Assembly (NCBI GenBank): GCA_039805545.1
Contig: JBDLUA010000024.1
Coordinates: 1 to 56,803, forward strand
Direction: 5' to 3'
Length of the DNA: 56,803 nt
Source of the DNA: Candidatus Parcubacteria bacterium
Lineage (GTDB): Bacteria; Patescibacteriota; Minisyncoccia; Phycocordibacterales; JAACPR01
Position 1 is the first letter of the stretch; each line of letters starts with the position of its first letter. The translations under genes were made by a program, and so were the position numbers. This document shows, in pieces, positions 16,012-25,612 of this stretch. The notes under the pieces are model-generated. The model was not told the origin of the DNA. It ran no database searches and saw only the letters and a program-made list of their open reading frames with translations.

Positions 16012-17343
16012 TCATTCCAAAATTATTTTCTTATTAATCACAATCACCTTACTCTTAAAAGATTGCAATACTTCTCGCTTTTCTTGAAGTGTTCCTTCTT
16101 TGAGTAGATATTTCACATACGATTTCAAATCCGTTTTCTTTTGAGTTGTGATCTCTGTTTCAGTTGATCCTAATATCTTATTTCTAAACTCACTAAACCT
16201 ATTCATCTCTTGTTCAAGTTTTTGTTTTATGCCGATCATGTTTAAATCAATTTTATCTACGATATCTAGTAATTGTTTTATAAGTTCTTCTTCTCTTATG
16301 TATTGATTCTTACATTGTTTGTTATTAAATCTCGTGCATCCGTAGTAGATATATTTTGCTGTGCTTCCGTCTATTCGTGATTTGTATTTTTCTTCTGCAG
16401 TAATTCCTGAATTGCACATTCCACATTTCATTAATCTTGTGAAGGCGAATTCTTTATTTGTTTTGATAATATCTTTTGAAATGGTCATCTTCTCTCGAAC
16501 TTTTTTATATAGTTCCTGACTAATGATTGGTTCGTGTTTTCCTACGTACCACTTGCTACTTCCTCGAGGATATTCAATCAGCCCACAGTAGAATGCATTT
16601 TGAAGAATAGTATGAACATTGCTGAGTGTGAGAAACTTTCCATTCTTTGTTTTAAATTTTGCATCTTCCTTTAACCATTTAAACACTCTTCTCCCACTCA
16701 TTTTTTCATATGCTACTTTTTCAAACATCATCCGAATAATATGCGATCGTTGAGGATCTAAAATTACCTGACACTTCATATTTCTGTCTGGGTTGGTGAG
16801 ATATCCAGTAGGGGCGACAGAAGGCCATAATCCCATTTCAATTCTATTTCGTAGTCCTCGTTTTACGTTCACACTTTTATTATCATTTTCCAACTTTGCT
16901 TGAGAGCCAAGAATCATGAAGAGGAATTTTTCACTGGGATTGTTGGTGAATTTCTGTCCGTATGTTCGAACTTCTATAATCAACTTTTGATCCATCAAAT
17001 CTACGATTGCTCCCAAGTCACCTGCATTTCTACTCAGTCGGTCAGGATGCCATGCAAGGATCGCATTAAATCTTTGTTCTTTGATCTCTCTGATAAGCTC
17101 ATTAAATACAGGTCTTTGTCCTGTGTCTTTTGCTGAGTGGGATTCTCTTTTAATTTCGACCACATCAAGCCCTTCTCGTTGTGCCATTTGAAGCATCTCT
17201 TTAATTTGTGAATCTATCGAAAGGGCTTGTTTCTCGTCAGATTCACTTGATTTTCTGGTATACAGGCAGTATTTCAGCCTCTCTGGGACTTGTAATGGTT
17301 GTACCTCGTCAGTCGTCACTTGTAGCGGATTTTGCGTTTGCAT
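16012..17343 (-). CDS. large serine recombinase
   Basis: Resolvase catalytic domain (YTRKSSESDEKQALSIDSQ, DRLSRN), a recombinase domain and a Cys-rich zinc ribbon (CGMCNSG...YYGC). Confidence 0.9.
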   Translation of the reverse strand: MQTQNPLQVTTDEVQPLQVPERLKYCLYTRKSSESDEKQALSIDSQIKEMLQMAQREGLDVVEIKRESHSAKDTGQRPVFNELIREIKEQRFNAILAWHPDRLSRNAGDLGAIVDLMDQKLIIEVRTYGQKFTNNPSEKFLFMILGSQAKLENDNKSVNVKRGLRNRIEMGLWPSVAPTGYLTNPDRNMKCQVILDPQRSHIIRMMFEKVAYEKMSGRRVFKWLKEDAKFKTKNGKFLTLSNVHTILQNAFYCGLIEYPRGSSKWYVGKHEPIISQELYKKVREKMTISKDIIKTNKEFAFTRLMKCGMCNSGITAEEKYKSRIDGSTAKYIYYGCTRFNNKQCKNQYIREEELIKQLLDIVDKIDLNMIGIKQKLEQEMNRFSEFRNKILGSTETEITTQKKTDLKSYVKYLLKEGTLQEKREVLQSFKSKVIVINKKIILE

Positions 17344-17434
17344 ACCTATATTGATGACAGAATGAGTGGGGAAGTCTAGGCTTTTGGGAGTTGGTAAAAG
17401 GTTGGTAACTAAGCCTTTAAAATAGCTTAAAATA

Positions 17435-18913
17435 ATGTTAAAATCATTTCATTATATGTTCGAACAAGCATTTAAAAACATAGATGACATATTACATAAG
17501 GATGCTGGTGCATCGAGCGAACTTGATTATGTTGAACAAACTTCATGGATTTTATTTCTCAAGTATTTGGATGATTTAGAAATAGACCGTGATAAATCTG
17601 CACAATTAGCCGGTAAAAAGTATACATATATTTTGCCTGAAGAATATAAATGGAACACATGGGCATGCCCAAAGACTTCAGATAATAAATTAGATCATAA
17701 CAAAGCAATGATCGGAGATGATCTAAAAGATTTTGTTGATCGTGAATTATTCCCATTTCTCAAAAAGTTTAAGACAGAAGCAGAGAACGCTGATACTATT
17801 GAATATAAGATAGGTGAAATTTTCAGTGAAATAAAAAACAGAATTCAAAGTGGATACAATCTTCGAGAAATTTTAAATATTATAGATGGAATGCATTTTC
17901 GTTCACAAGAAGAAAAGCACGAACTCTCACATCTCTATGAAGGAAAGATCAAGAACATGGGTAATGCAGGACGAAATGGTGGTGAATATTATACTCCACG
18001 TCCTCTTATTAAGACGATTATTAAAGTTGTCGATCCAAAGATTGGAGATAAGATTTATGATGGTGCAGTAGGGTCTGCAGGATTCTTAGTAGAAGCATTT
18101 GAATATCTTAAAGAGAACAAAAATATCTCTACAAAAGAAATGGAAATTCTTCAAAAGAAAACATTCTATGGAAAAGAGAAAAAGTCACTTGCTTACATTA
18201 TCGGGATCATGAACATGATACTTCATGGTATTGATGCGCCTAATATTATTCACACCAACACACTTGCAGAAAATCTTTCTGATATCCAAGATAAAGATAG
18301 ATATGATATTGTTCTTGCTAATCCTCCTTTTGGAGGCAAAGAGCGTGTAGAAGTACAACAAAACTTTCCAATAAAAACAGGTGAAACAGCATTCTTGTTT
18401 CTCCAACATTTTATAAAAATTCTTAAAGCAGGAGGAAAGGCAGGTATTGTTATCAAGAATACATTTTTATCCAATACAGATAATGCATCTGTATCGCTCC
18501 GAAAGCTTTTATTGGAAAATTGTAATCTTCATACCATACTCGACTTGCCTGGTGGTACATTTACAGGAGCAGGAGTAAAGACTGTGATTCTATTTTTTGA
18601 AAAGGGGAACCCAACCAAGAAAGTTTGGTACTATCAATTGAACCTTCCTCGTAATCTCGGTAAGACCAATCCTCTAAACGAAAGGGATCTTGCTGATTTT
18701 ATTACACTTCAAAAAACAAAGAAAGATTCTAAATATTCTTGGTCTCTAGATATGAAAGATATTAATCAGAAGACTTGTGATTTGTCGGTAAAGAATCCGA
18801 ATAAAGGTGGCGAAGTGGTTCTGCGTGAACCGAAGGAGATTTTAAGGGAAATTTCTGAACTTGATAAAGAAAGTAAAGATATTTTTAAGGATATTAATGA
18901 CTTATTGGAATAA
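17435..18913 (+). CDS. hsdM: type I restriction-modification system methyltransferase subunit
   Basis: HsdM N-terminal domain, motif I (YDGAVGSAGF) and NPPFGG. Confidence 0.9.
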   Translation: MLKSFHYMFEQAFKNIDDILHKDAGASSELDYVEQTSWILFLKYLDDLEIDRDKSAQLAGKKYTYILPEEYKWNTWACPKTSDNKLDHNKAMIGDDLKDFVDRELFPFLKKFKTEAENADTIEYKIGEIFSEIKNRIQSGYNLREILNIIDGMHFRSQEEKHELSHLYEGKIKNMGNAGRNGGEYYTPRPLIKTIIKVVDPKIGDKIYDGAVGSAGFLVEAFEYLKENKNISTKEMEILQKKTFYGKEKKSLAYIIGIMNMILHGIDAPNIIHTNTLAENLSDIQDKDRYDIVLANPPFGGKERVEVQQNFPIKTGETAFLFLQHFIKILKAGGKAGIVIKNTFLSNTDNASVSLRKLLLENCNLHTILDLPGGTFTGAGVKTVILFFEKGNPTKKVWYYQLNLPRNLGKTNPLNERDLADFITLQKTKKDSKYSWSLDMKDINQKTCDLSVKNPNKGGEVVLREPKEILREISELDKESKDIFKDINDLLE

Positions 18914-18915
18914 TT

Positions 18916-19299
18916 ATGGATGAAGATCTTACAAAACTACATGAAGAAGAGCTACTTAAGATCATTCGTCTGAATGAGAATTCACACGTATCAACAAGTC
19001 GTTACAATAGAGCGGTAAAAGAATTACAGTTAAGAGATCGTGAAAAAAATGTCGACAAAAAAGCTGGATTAGGACTATTCTTGAGAGTTGGTGGAGATAT
19101 GCTTTTTAACGGTTCAATTCAGGGACCAGAAAACGGGATGGTAGATATTGCTGTTGCTGGTAACTACAGAAGTGAGAAAGGTAAGATTATTCAAGGAAAA
19201 GAAATAAGCAACAAATGGTGGGAAAAAAGTTGGTTTCAAATTCTAGCTTTACTGGGATCTTTAGCTGGATTGATTGGGTTAATTTATTTATTTAAATAA
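18916..19299 (+). CDS. unknown small protein with a C-terminal TM helix, embedded in the type I R-M operon
   Basis: 127 aa. Starts 3 nt after the hsdM stop. C-terminal WFQILALLGSLAGLIGLIYLF. Confidence 0.5.
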   Translation: MDEDLTKLHEEELLKIIRLNENSHVSTSRYNRAVKELQLRDREKNVDKKAGLGLFLRVGGDMLFNGSIQGPENGMVDIAVAGNYRSEKGKIIQGKEISNKWWEKSWFQILALLGSLAGLIGLIYLFK

Positions 19300-19300
19300 T

Positions 19301-20056
19301 ATGAATGATATTGTCGAACTAATATTTGAAATACAGGAATTTATCAAAAGAATTGATAAGGGGGTCATTAAAGCTCAGGAGGCTGAAGATTTTTTTGCAG
19401 ACAGCATCACGAAAGCTAAAAATATTTACATAATAAATACAGATGAATGGAGGTTGTTGGATAGATGGGAGAATGAAAATGGTTATCATTGGCATCAACA
19501 ATGTAAGTCAGGAACATATGCGGACACTTCAACAAAAAATAAAATCCAAAGTTTAGAATTTAAACTTTTAGAAATTAAAAATATTGATAGTACAAATGTT
19601 TCAAAAAAAGATACAAATATTCCACGTATTATATACCTTAAAGCACAGTACGGTGATGATTTTATTGATTACATAAAAGACGAAGTTGGTGTAGATAATT
19701 TTTTGAAAGATGTATTCACAAGGAAAGAAGAACAAAAGAGAGACTTTATTTTGAATGATAAAAAAGCTGAAACATTTTTTAAGAAATGGGCGAGCTTTGT
19801 TCATAAGTATAAGAATCTTTATGGGCAAGGAATAAGAGATTGTGATGCGATATCAAAATTACAACAAGCAGGAATACTGACGGATGACTCTTTGTATAAA
19901 TTCAGAAATATATTGTTCAAATCGGATTTCGAGCTAAATAAAGAATTTGTTGCGGAACTAGAGGATAATATTATAAAGCTGAATGAAGCTGATTCTAAAT
20001 TAGATCTTTCTATAAACGGGAGAGATAAAAAATTGATTGAGTCAAAGATATGGTAA
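19301..20056 (+). CDS. unknown protein embedded in the type I R-M operon
   Basis: 251 aa. Starts 2 nt after the previous stop and ends 8 nt before the hsdS ATG. I recognise no motif. Confidence 0.5.
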   Translation: MNDIVELIFEIQEFIKRIDKGVIKAQEAEDFFADSITKAKNIYIINTDEWRLLDRWENENGYHWHQQCKSGTYADTSTKNKIQSLEFKLLEIKNIDSTNVSKKDTNIPRIIYLKAQYGDDFIDYIKDEVGVDNFLKDVFTRKEEQKRDFILNDKKAETFFKKWASFVHKYKNLYGQGIRDCDAISKLQQAGILTDDSLYKFRNILFKSDFELNKEFVAELEDNIIKLNEADSKLDLSINGRDKKLIESKIW

Positions 20057-20063
20057 TTATTTT

Positions 20064-21173
20064 ATGAAAAAAATCTGGCAAACAAAAAATATTGAAGATT
20101 GTATAGAAAAGGTTATTTATACAAGCAAGATACAGAGAAAGGATTTTCTAGAATCTGGGGACTTTCCAATTGTTTCTCAAGAGCAAGAATTTATAAATGG
20201 TTACTGGAATAATAGGAAAGATATTCTTAGTGTTAAAAAGCCTCTTGTTGTTTTTGGTGACCACACCCAAATTTTAAAATTCATAGACTTTGATTTCGTT
20301 CTGGGTGCCGACGGAGTAAAGATATTGCAGCCAAAGGAGTTTCTGTATCCAAAATATTTCTATTATTTTTTACAAAATATAAACTTGAGAAGTTTAGGAT
20401 ATGCACGTCATTACCGTTTATTAAAAGAAAAAGATATTAGTTACCCAGAATCTATTGCTGAACAAAAACGAATTGTAAAAATTCTAGACTCAACTTTTGA
20501 AAAACTGGAAAATGCAAAACAAAATACAGAAAAGAATTTACAAAACTCAAAAGATGTTTTTGAATCGTATTTAAAGAGTATTTTTGTAAACACAAATAAA
20601 GATTGGGAAGAGAAAACACTGGGGGATATAGGGAAACCTTCAATGTGTAAAAGAATATTAAAACATCAAACGTCATCAGTTGGTGAAATTCCATTTTACA
20701 AAATTGGTACTTTCGGTAAAACACCAAATGCTTTTATCTCTAAAGAAATATATGATGAGTTTCGTTCAAAATATTCTTTTCCAAAGAAAGGAGATATTTT
20801 AATATCAGCATCTGGAACAATTGGGAGACGCGTGAGATATGACGGTGAACCTGCTTTTTTTCAGGATTCAAATATTGTTTGGATTAGTAATGATGAAAAG
20901 CAGGTTCTGAATGATTATTTATATGTTTTTTATGAATTTTGTGATTGGCAACCATCTAAAGGTGCTACTATTGCAAGACTTTACAATAGTGATCTTACAA
21001 GTATAAAAATATCTTTTCCAAAATCAATTCAAGAACAGAAATTTATCATTGAAAAACTCGACCAGCTCTCTTCACAAACAAAAAGACTGGAATCCCTATA
21101 CAAGAAAAAAATTCAATATATTGAAGAGCTAAAAAAATCTATATTACAAAAAGCTTTTAGTGGGGAATTGTAA
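20064..21173 (+). CDS. hsdS: type I R-M specificity subunit
   Basis: Two target-recognition halves separated by conserved helices (AEQKRIVKILD..., QEQKFIIEKLD...). ATG at 20064 is preferred over the track start at 20037. Confidence 0.85.
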   Translation: MKKIWQTKNIEDCIEKVIYTSKIQRKDFLESGDFPIVSQEQEFINGYWNNRKDILSVKKPLVVFGDHTQILKFIDFDFVLGADGVKILQPKEFLYPKYFYYFLQNINLRSLGYARHYRLLKEKDISYPESIAEQKRIVKILDSTFEKLENAKQNTEKNLQNSKDVFESYLKSIFVNTNKDWEEKTLGDIGKPSMCKRILKHQTSSVGEIPFYKIGTFGKTPNAFISKEIYDEFRSKYSFPKKGDILISASGTIGRRVRYDGEPAFFQDSNIVWISNDEKQVLNDYLYVFYEFCDWQPSKGATIARLYNSDLTSIKISFPKSIQEQKFIIEKLDQLSSQTKRLESLYKKKIQYIEELKKSILQKAFSGEL

Positions 21174-21269
21174 AAGTGAATTAAGTATTAAATTACTAGA
21201 TATTTGATAATATAATTATGGGTGCCCTTATACTATATTATTTACTTTGTGAATATATGAGGGTACTGT

Positions 21270-21353
21270 CGAGGTGTGGTGAAATTGGTATACACGAACA
21301 TTTACCAAATGTTTCCCTATATAGGGGTGCGGGTTCAAATCCCGTCACCTAAA
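21270..21353 (+). ncRNA. tRNA-Leu-like (type II, long variable arm) element with anticodon-position ACC and a defective acceptor stem
   Basis: D-arm ggtgaaattggtatacac and T-arm gcggg-ttcaaat-cccgt resemble tRNA-Leu. Anticodon stem aacat/atgtt with loop ttACCaa. Variable arm ccctatatagggg. Only 5 of 7 acceptor pairs form. The 3' strand can instead pair with 21376-21384. Confidence 0.5.
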
Positions 21354-21425
21354 GTTTGGAAAAACTTCTTATCTTTAGGTGGCGAATTTTATTGAGGATT
21401 GAGAACTAAATAAGAAATGACAGTT

Positions 21426-21474
21426 TGTATACATTGCTTGACTAATGTATACAAACCTATATACTTTGTATACA
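21426..21474 (+). promoter_or_regulatory. fic-hsdR promoter with three phased TGTATACA palindromes
   Basis: TGTATACA at 21426-21433, 21446-21453 and 21467-21474. TTGACT (21438-21443), 16 nt spacer, TATACT (21460-21465). Confidence 0.5.
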
Positions 21475-21498
21475 TTCTAAAAAAGATGTAAACAAACT

Positions 21499-22653
21499 AT
21501 GCAATCAATTCAAATAGGTATAAATAAAGATCAAAAAGAAGGCTTTAAAGCCTTTGTTCCTAACCCTTTTCCTCCAAAGGAAGATTTTGAATTTGACTCT
21601 AAAATAATTAAAAAGAGCAATGAAGCAACAAGACTTCTTGGAAAACTTGATGGAATTACTAAGCTCCTTCCCGACTCAGACTTCTTTCTTCTTATGTATC
21701 TTCGAAAGGATGCAGCTTCTTCAAGTCAGATTGAAGGAACCATGGCAACAATGGTTGATGCCATTGAAGCAGAAGTTCAAGTAAATACAAATATTCCTGA
21801 AGATGTTGATGATATTTTACACTATATTAAAGCTCTTAATTATGGAATCAAGAGAGTTACTGATGAAAATTTTCCAATTTCATTGCGGTTTATATGTGAA
21901 TTACATAAACAGCTTATGAGTAAGGCTCGATCAACACACCATGCATATCCTGGGGAATTCCGAAGAAGCCAGAACTGGATAGGCGGTACAAAACCATCAA
22001 ATGCTCGATTTGTTCCTCCTCCTGTAGAAGATATGCACAGATCACTTAATGACCTTGAAAAATTTATTCATTCAGAGGAACCTACTCTAGATATTATCAA
22101 GGCTGGATTAATACACGCACAATTTGAAACGATCCACCCATTTACTGATGGTAATGGTCGAACAGGAAGAATGCTCATAACTTTTTACTTATGGAAAGTT
22201 GGATTATTAGAGAAGCCTGTATTATTTTTGTCTTCATTTTTTAAAAAACATCAAAAAACATATTATGAAAAACTTTCTACATATCATAGTGTAGATGGAG
22301 ATATTTCAGAGTGGATAGATTTTTTCTTAGATGGAGTTATTGAAATTGCTAAGGAAGCAATAGAAATTGTTGAAAAAATAACAATTCTTAGAGAAAAGGA
22401 TATGTTAAAAATTCAAAAACTAGGAAAGCGTGCTTCAGAGAGTGCTGCTTTAGTGTTGCCAAAATTATATGCTCAACCAATTGTAAATGCACCTCTTGTT
22501 CAAAAATGGACAGGATTTACTCGTGCCGGTGCACAAGCTGTTATAGATCGGTTTATTGAATTAGATATTCTGTCAGTAAAAGACGAAGATAGAAAATATG
22601 GGCAGTCTTATATTTATAAGAAATATGTCGTATTATTTAGTAATGAAGATTAA
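21499..22653 (+). CDS. Fic family protein
   Basis: HPFTDGNGRTGR Fic motif. Long N-terminal and C-terminal winged-helix-like extensions. Confidence 0.9.
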   Translation: MQSIQIGINKDQKEGFKAFVPNPFPPKEDFEFDSKIIKKSNEATRLLGKLDGITKLLPDSDFFLLMYLRKDAASSSQIEGTMATMVDAIEAEVQVNTNIPEDVDDILHYIKALNYGIKRVTDENFPISLRFICELHKQLMSKARSTHHAYPGEFRRSQNWIGGTKPSNARFVPPPVEDMHRSLNDLEKFIHSEEPTLDIIKAGLIHAQFETIHPFTDGNGRTGRMLITFYLWKVGLLEKPVLFLSSFFKKHQKTYYEKLSTYHSVDGDISEWIDFFLDGVIEIAKEAIEIVEKITILREKDMLKIQKLGKRASESAALVLPKLYAQPIVNAPLVQKWTGFTRAGAQAVIDRFIELDILSVKDEDRKYGQSYIYKKYVVLFSNED

Positions 22654-22656
22654 TAT

Positions 22657-24984
22657 ATGAACGAATCAGAAACCCGAGCAGAACTCATAGACCCAAAACT
22701 TAGAGAAGCAGGATGGGGAATAATAGAAGACTCAAAAGTCCTTCGAGAATTTCGTATTACTGATGGAAGGATTCAAGGTGGTGGAAGAACAAAACCTGAA
22801 ATCGCAGACTATGTTTTAGTATACAAAAACAAGAAACTTGCTATCATAGAAGCTAAGAAAGAATCTCTATCTCCAACAGAAGGCGTTGCTCAAGCTAAGA
22901 CGTATGCAGAAAAACTTAGTATTGATTACACCTATTCAACAAATGGAACGGGAATTTATGAAATATCGATGAGGACAGGAGCCGAATTTCCTGTCTTAAA
23001 TTTTCCAACTCCTGATGAGCTGTGGGATAAGACATATGCAATTCATAATGTATGGAAAGAAATTTTCTCCTCAGTTCCTTTTGAAGATATGAATGGTTCA
23101 AAACCTGCTCGATATTATCAAGAAATTGCTGTTAATAAGACGCTTGAAGCTGTGGCTGAGGAAAAGAAAAGAATCCTTTTAACCCTTGCAACAGGAACAG
23201 GAAAAACATTTATTGCTTTTCAAATTGCATGGAAATTATTTCAATCACGATGGGATGGTACTTTTACAGGACAACGAAGACCACGGATTCTTTTTCTAGC
23301 AGATAGAAATATCTTAGCTGATCAAGCTTTTAATTCCTTCGGAGCTTTCCCAGAAGATGCACTTATTCGTATTACACCAAATGATATTCGAAAGAAGGGA
23401 AGTGTTCCAATGAATGGAAGTATTTTCTTTGCCATATTCCAAACATTTATGAGCGGTCCAAACGATACTCCCTATTACGGAGATTACCCTTCCGACTTTT
23501 TTGACTTTATTATTATAGATGAATGTCATAGAGGTGGTGCAAATGATGAATCTAATTGGAGAGGTATCCTCGAATATTTTTCTCCTGCTGTACAACTTGG
23601 ACTTACTGCAACACCTAAAAGAAAAGATAACACTGATACTTATAAATATTTTGGTGAACCTGTGTACACATATTCTCTTAAAGAAGGAATTAATGACGGT
23701 TTCCTTACTCCGTTTAAAGTAAAAAGAATAAAAACAACTCTTGATGAATATATTTATACTTCAGATGATAGTGTTATTGAAGGAGAGGTAGAGGAAGGAA
23801 AAGTATATACTGAAGAAGATTTTGCAAAAGGGAATATCGAGATTATTAAGAGAGAAGAAAATAGAGTTAAAATATTTTTGAATCAAATAAATCAAAACGA
23901 AAAAACAATCGTATTTTGTGCAACTCAGGGACATGCACTTCTTATTCGAGATTTAATAAATAAACACAAGAAAAGTACCGATCCAAATTATTGTCATCGT
24001 GTAACTGCGAATGACGGATTTCTCGGAGAGCAATATTTAAGAGAATTTCAAGATAATGAAAAATCAATTCCAACTATCCTTACTACTTCACAAAAACTTT
24101 CAACAGGTGTCGATGCTCGAAACATTAGAAATATAGTACTTATGCGACCTGTAAACTCAATGATTGAATTTAAGCAAATTGTAGGACGAGGGACACGACT
24201 ATTTGATGGAAAAGAGTATTTTACAATTATTGATTTTGTTGATGCGTACCATCATTTTCTTGACCCGGAATGGGATGGAGAGCCAATTGATAATACTACT
24301 CAAGAAGTCGAAGATGGTCCTATCGACAAACCAGATGAACCTAGAATTTGCAAAATATGTAACGAAAAGCCTTGTATTTGTGAAAAAACTCCACCTGATC
24401 CAAAACAAAAGCTCAAAATAAAACTTCGAGATGGAAAAGAAAGAGAAATTCAACATATGGTATCAACTTCTTTTTGGAGTGCTGACGGTAAACCAATTTC
24501 AGTTGAAGAATTTTTACAAAATATGTTTGGAGTATTACCGAGCTTTTTTAAAGATGAAAATGAACTAAGAATTATTTGGTCAAACCCTGTAACTAGAAAA
24601 GTATTTTTAGATAAAATTGCAGAACTTGGTTTTGGAAAAGAACAATTAGAATCAATTCAACAAATGATTGACGCAGAAAATAGTGATTTATTTGACGTAC
24701 TTGGATATATTGCTTTTGCACTGGAACCTATTTCACGAGCCGAAAGAATTCAAAAAACAAAATACGATATCTTAGAAGGATTAGATGAGAAGCATAGAGA
24801 ATTTATTGAATTTGTACTCGCAAAATATCAAGAGAGGGGAGTTGAAGAATTGGATGAAGAAAAATTGCCACAACTTATTAACCTGAAATATCACGCAATT
24901 TCTGATGCTGAGAAAGTTTTAGGTAGTGTTGAATCGATAAGATCAACTTTCTTTGATTTTCAAAGAAGTTTGTACAGTAAATAA
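22657..24984 (+). CDS. hsdR: type I restriction enzyme R subunit
   Basis: N-terminal nuclease domain (DYVL...IEAK), helicase motifs (TGTGKT, DECHRG, TATP) and an EcoEI-type C-terminal domain. Confidence 0.9.
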   Translation: MNESETRAELIDPKLREAGWGIIEDSKVLREFRITDGRIQGGGRTKPEIADYVLVYKNKKLAIIEAKKESLSPTEGVAQAKTYAEKLSIDYTYSTNGTGIYEISMRTGAEFPVLNFPTPDELWDKTYAIHNVWKEIFSSVPFEDMNGSKPARYYQEIAVNKTLEAVAEEKKRILLTLATGTGKTFIAFQIAWKLFQSRWDGTFTGQRRPRILFLADRNILADQAFNSFGAFPEDALIRITPNDIRKKGSVPMNGSIFFAIFQTFMSGPNDTPYYGDYPSDFFDFIIIDECHRGGANDESNWRGILEYFSPAVQLGLTATPKRKDNTDTYKYFGEPVYTYSLKEGINDGFLTPFKVKRIKTTLDEYIYTSDDSVIEGEVEEGKVYTEEDFAKGNIEIIKREENRVKIFLNQINQNEKTIVFCATQGHALLIRDLINKHKKSTDPNYCHRVTANDGFLGEQYLREFQDNEKSIPTILTTSQKLSTGVDARNIRNIVLMRPVNSMIEFKQIVGRGTRLFDGKEYFTIIDFVDAYHHFLDPEWDGEPIDNTTQEVEDGPIDKPDEPRICKICNEKPCICEKTPPDPKQKLKIKLRDGKEREIQHMVSTSFWSADGKPISVEEFLQNMFGVLPSFFKDENELRIIWSNPVTRKVFLDKIAELGFGKEQLESIQQMIDAENSDLFDVLGYIAFALEPISRAERIQKTKYDILEGLDEKHREFIEFVLAKYQERGVEELDEEKLPQLINLKYHAISDAEKVLGSVESIRSTFFDFQRSLYSK

Positions 24985-25009
24985 AAACACACCATCTCTG
25001 GTGTGTTTT
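24985..25009. terminator. bidirectional terminator between hsdR and the convergent minus-strand operon
   Basis: acacacc-atctct-ggtgtgt with a flanking A-run and T-run. Confidence 0.6.
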
Positions 25010-25014
25010 ATTAT

Positions 25015-25611
25015 TTATTCAATTATCTTCTTGTCCTTCAGTTTCGTCAGAAGTTTTCCGAGCTCGACCATTCTGTCGGGATCTTCCTCTTCTTTTTTCA
25101 CTCCTTTCCCAAAAAGTGTTTTATGGAGATTGTTCTCAATCTCTATGATTTCAGGATCGGTTGATTTAAGGAAGCTTTCTCGCAACTCTTTCTCACGAAG
25201 CAGAGTTCCATGATAACCCATATTCCGTAGTGCTGTTGCAAGAAGGAGATTCTCTTCTTTTGAAAGTTCTCGTTTGTCTTTCATTTCAATTATGATCTTA
25301 GGGTTAAAGTCTGGATCATGATGTTTGAGCCAGAAAATAATTGCTGTTAATGTTCCTTCGTTTATGTGCTTTACCAATTGTGACTTTGCAATATCATTCA
25401 TGGTTAACTTTCCTGTTATAAGAGCATCATTAGTTGCTTCTCTAAACTCATCGTCAGTATCACGCCACTTGTAGTATGTTGCTTTGGGAACTCCTGCTTT
25501 TTGGTACGCATAGGTTGCGATGGGGAGTTCCTTTAGGTTTTCAATGACACGTTTCTTTTGTGCTTTAGTTGCAACTGCTTCTCGTGGTGGAGCTTTTACC
25601 TTTTTCTTCAT
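25015..25611 (-). CDS. small HTH protein (phage terminase-small-subunit-like or regulator-like)
   Basis: 198 aa with the basic N-terminal HTH-like segment ATYAYQKAGVPKATYYKWR. Translationally coupled to the upstream ParB-MTase gene. Confidence 0.35.
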   Translation of the reverse strand: MKKKVKAPPREAVATKAQKKRVIENLKELPIATYAYQKAGVPKATYYKWRDTDDEFREATNDALITGKLTMNDIAKSQLVKHINEGTLTAIIFWLKHHDPDFNPKIIIEMKDKRELSKEENLLLATALRNMGYHGTLLREKELRESFLKSTDPEIIEIENNLHKTLFGKGVKKEEEDPDRMVELGKLLTKLKDKKIIE

Positions 25612-25612
25612 A

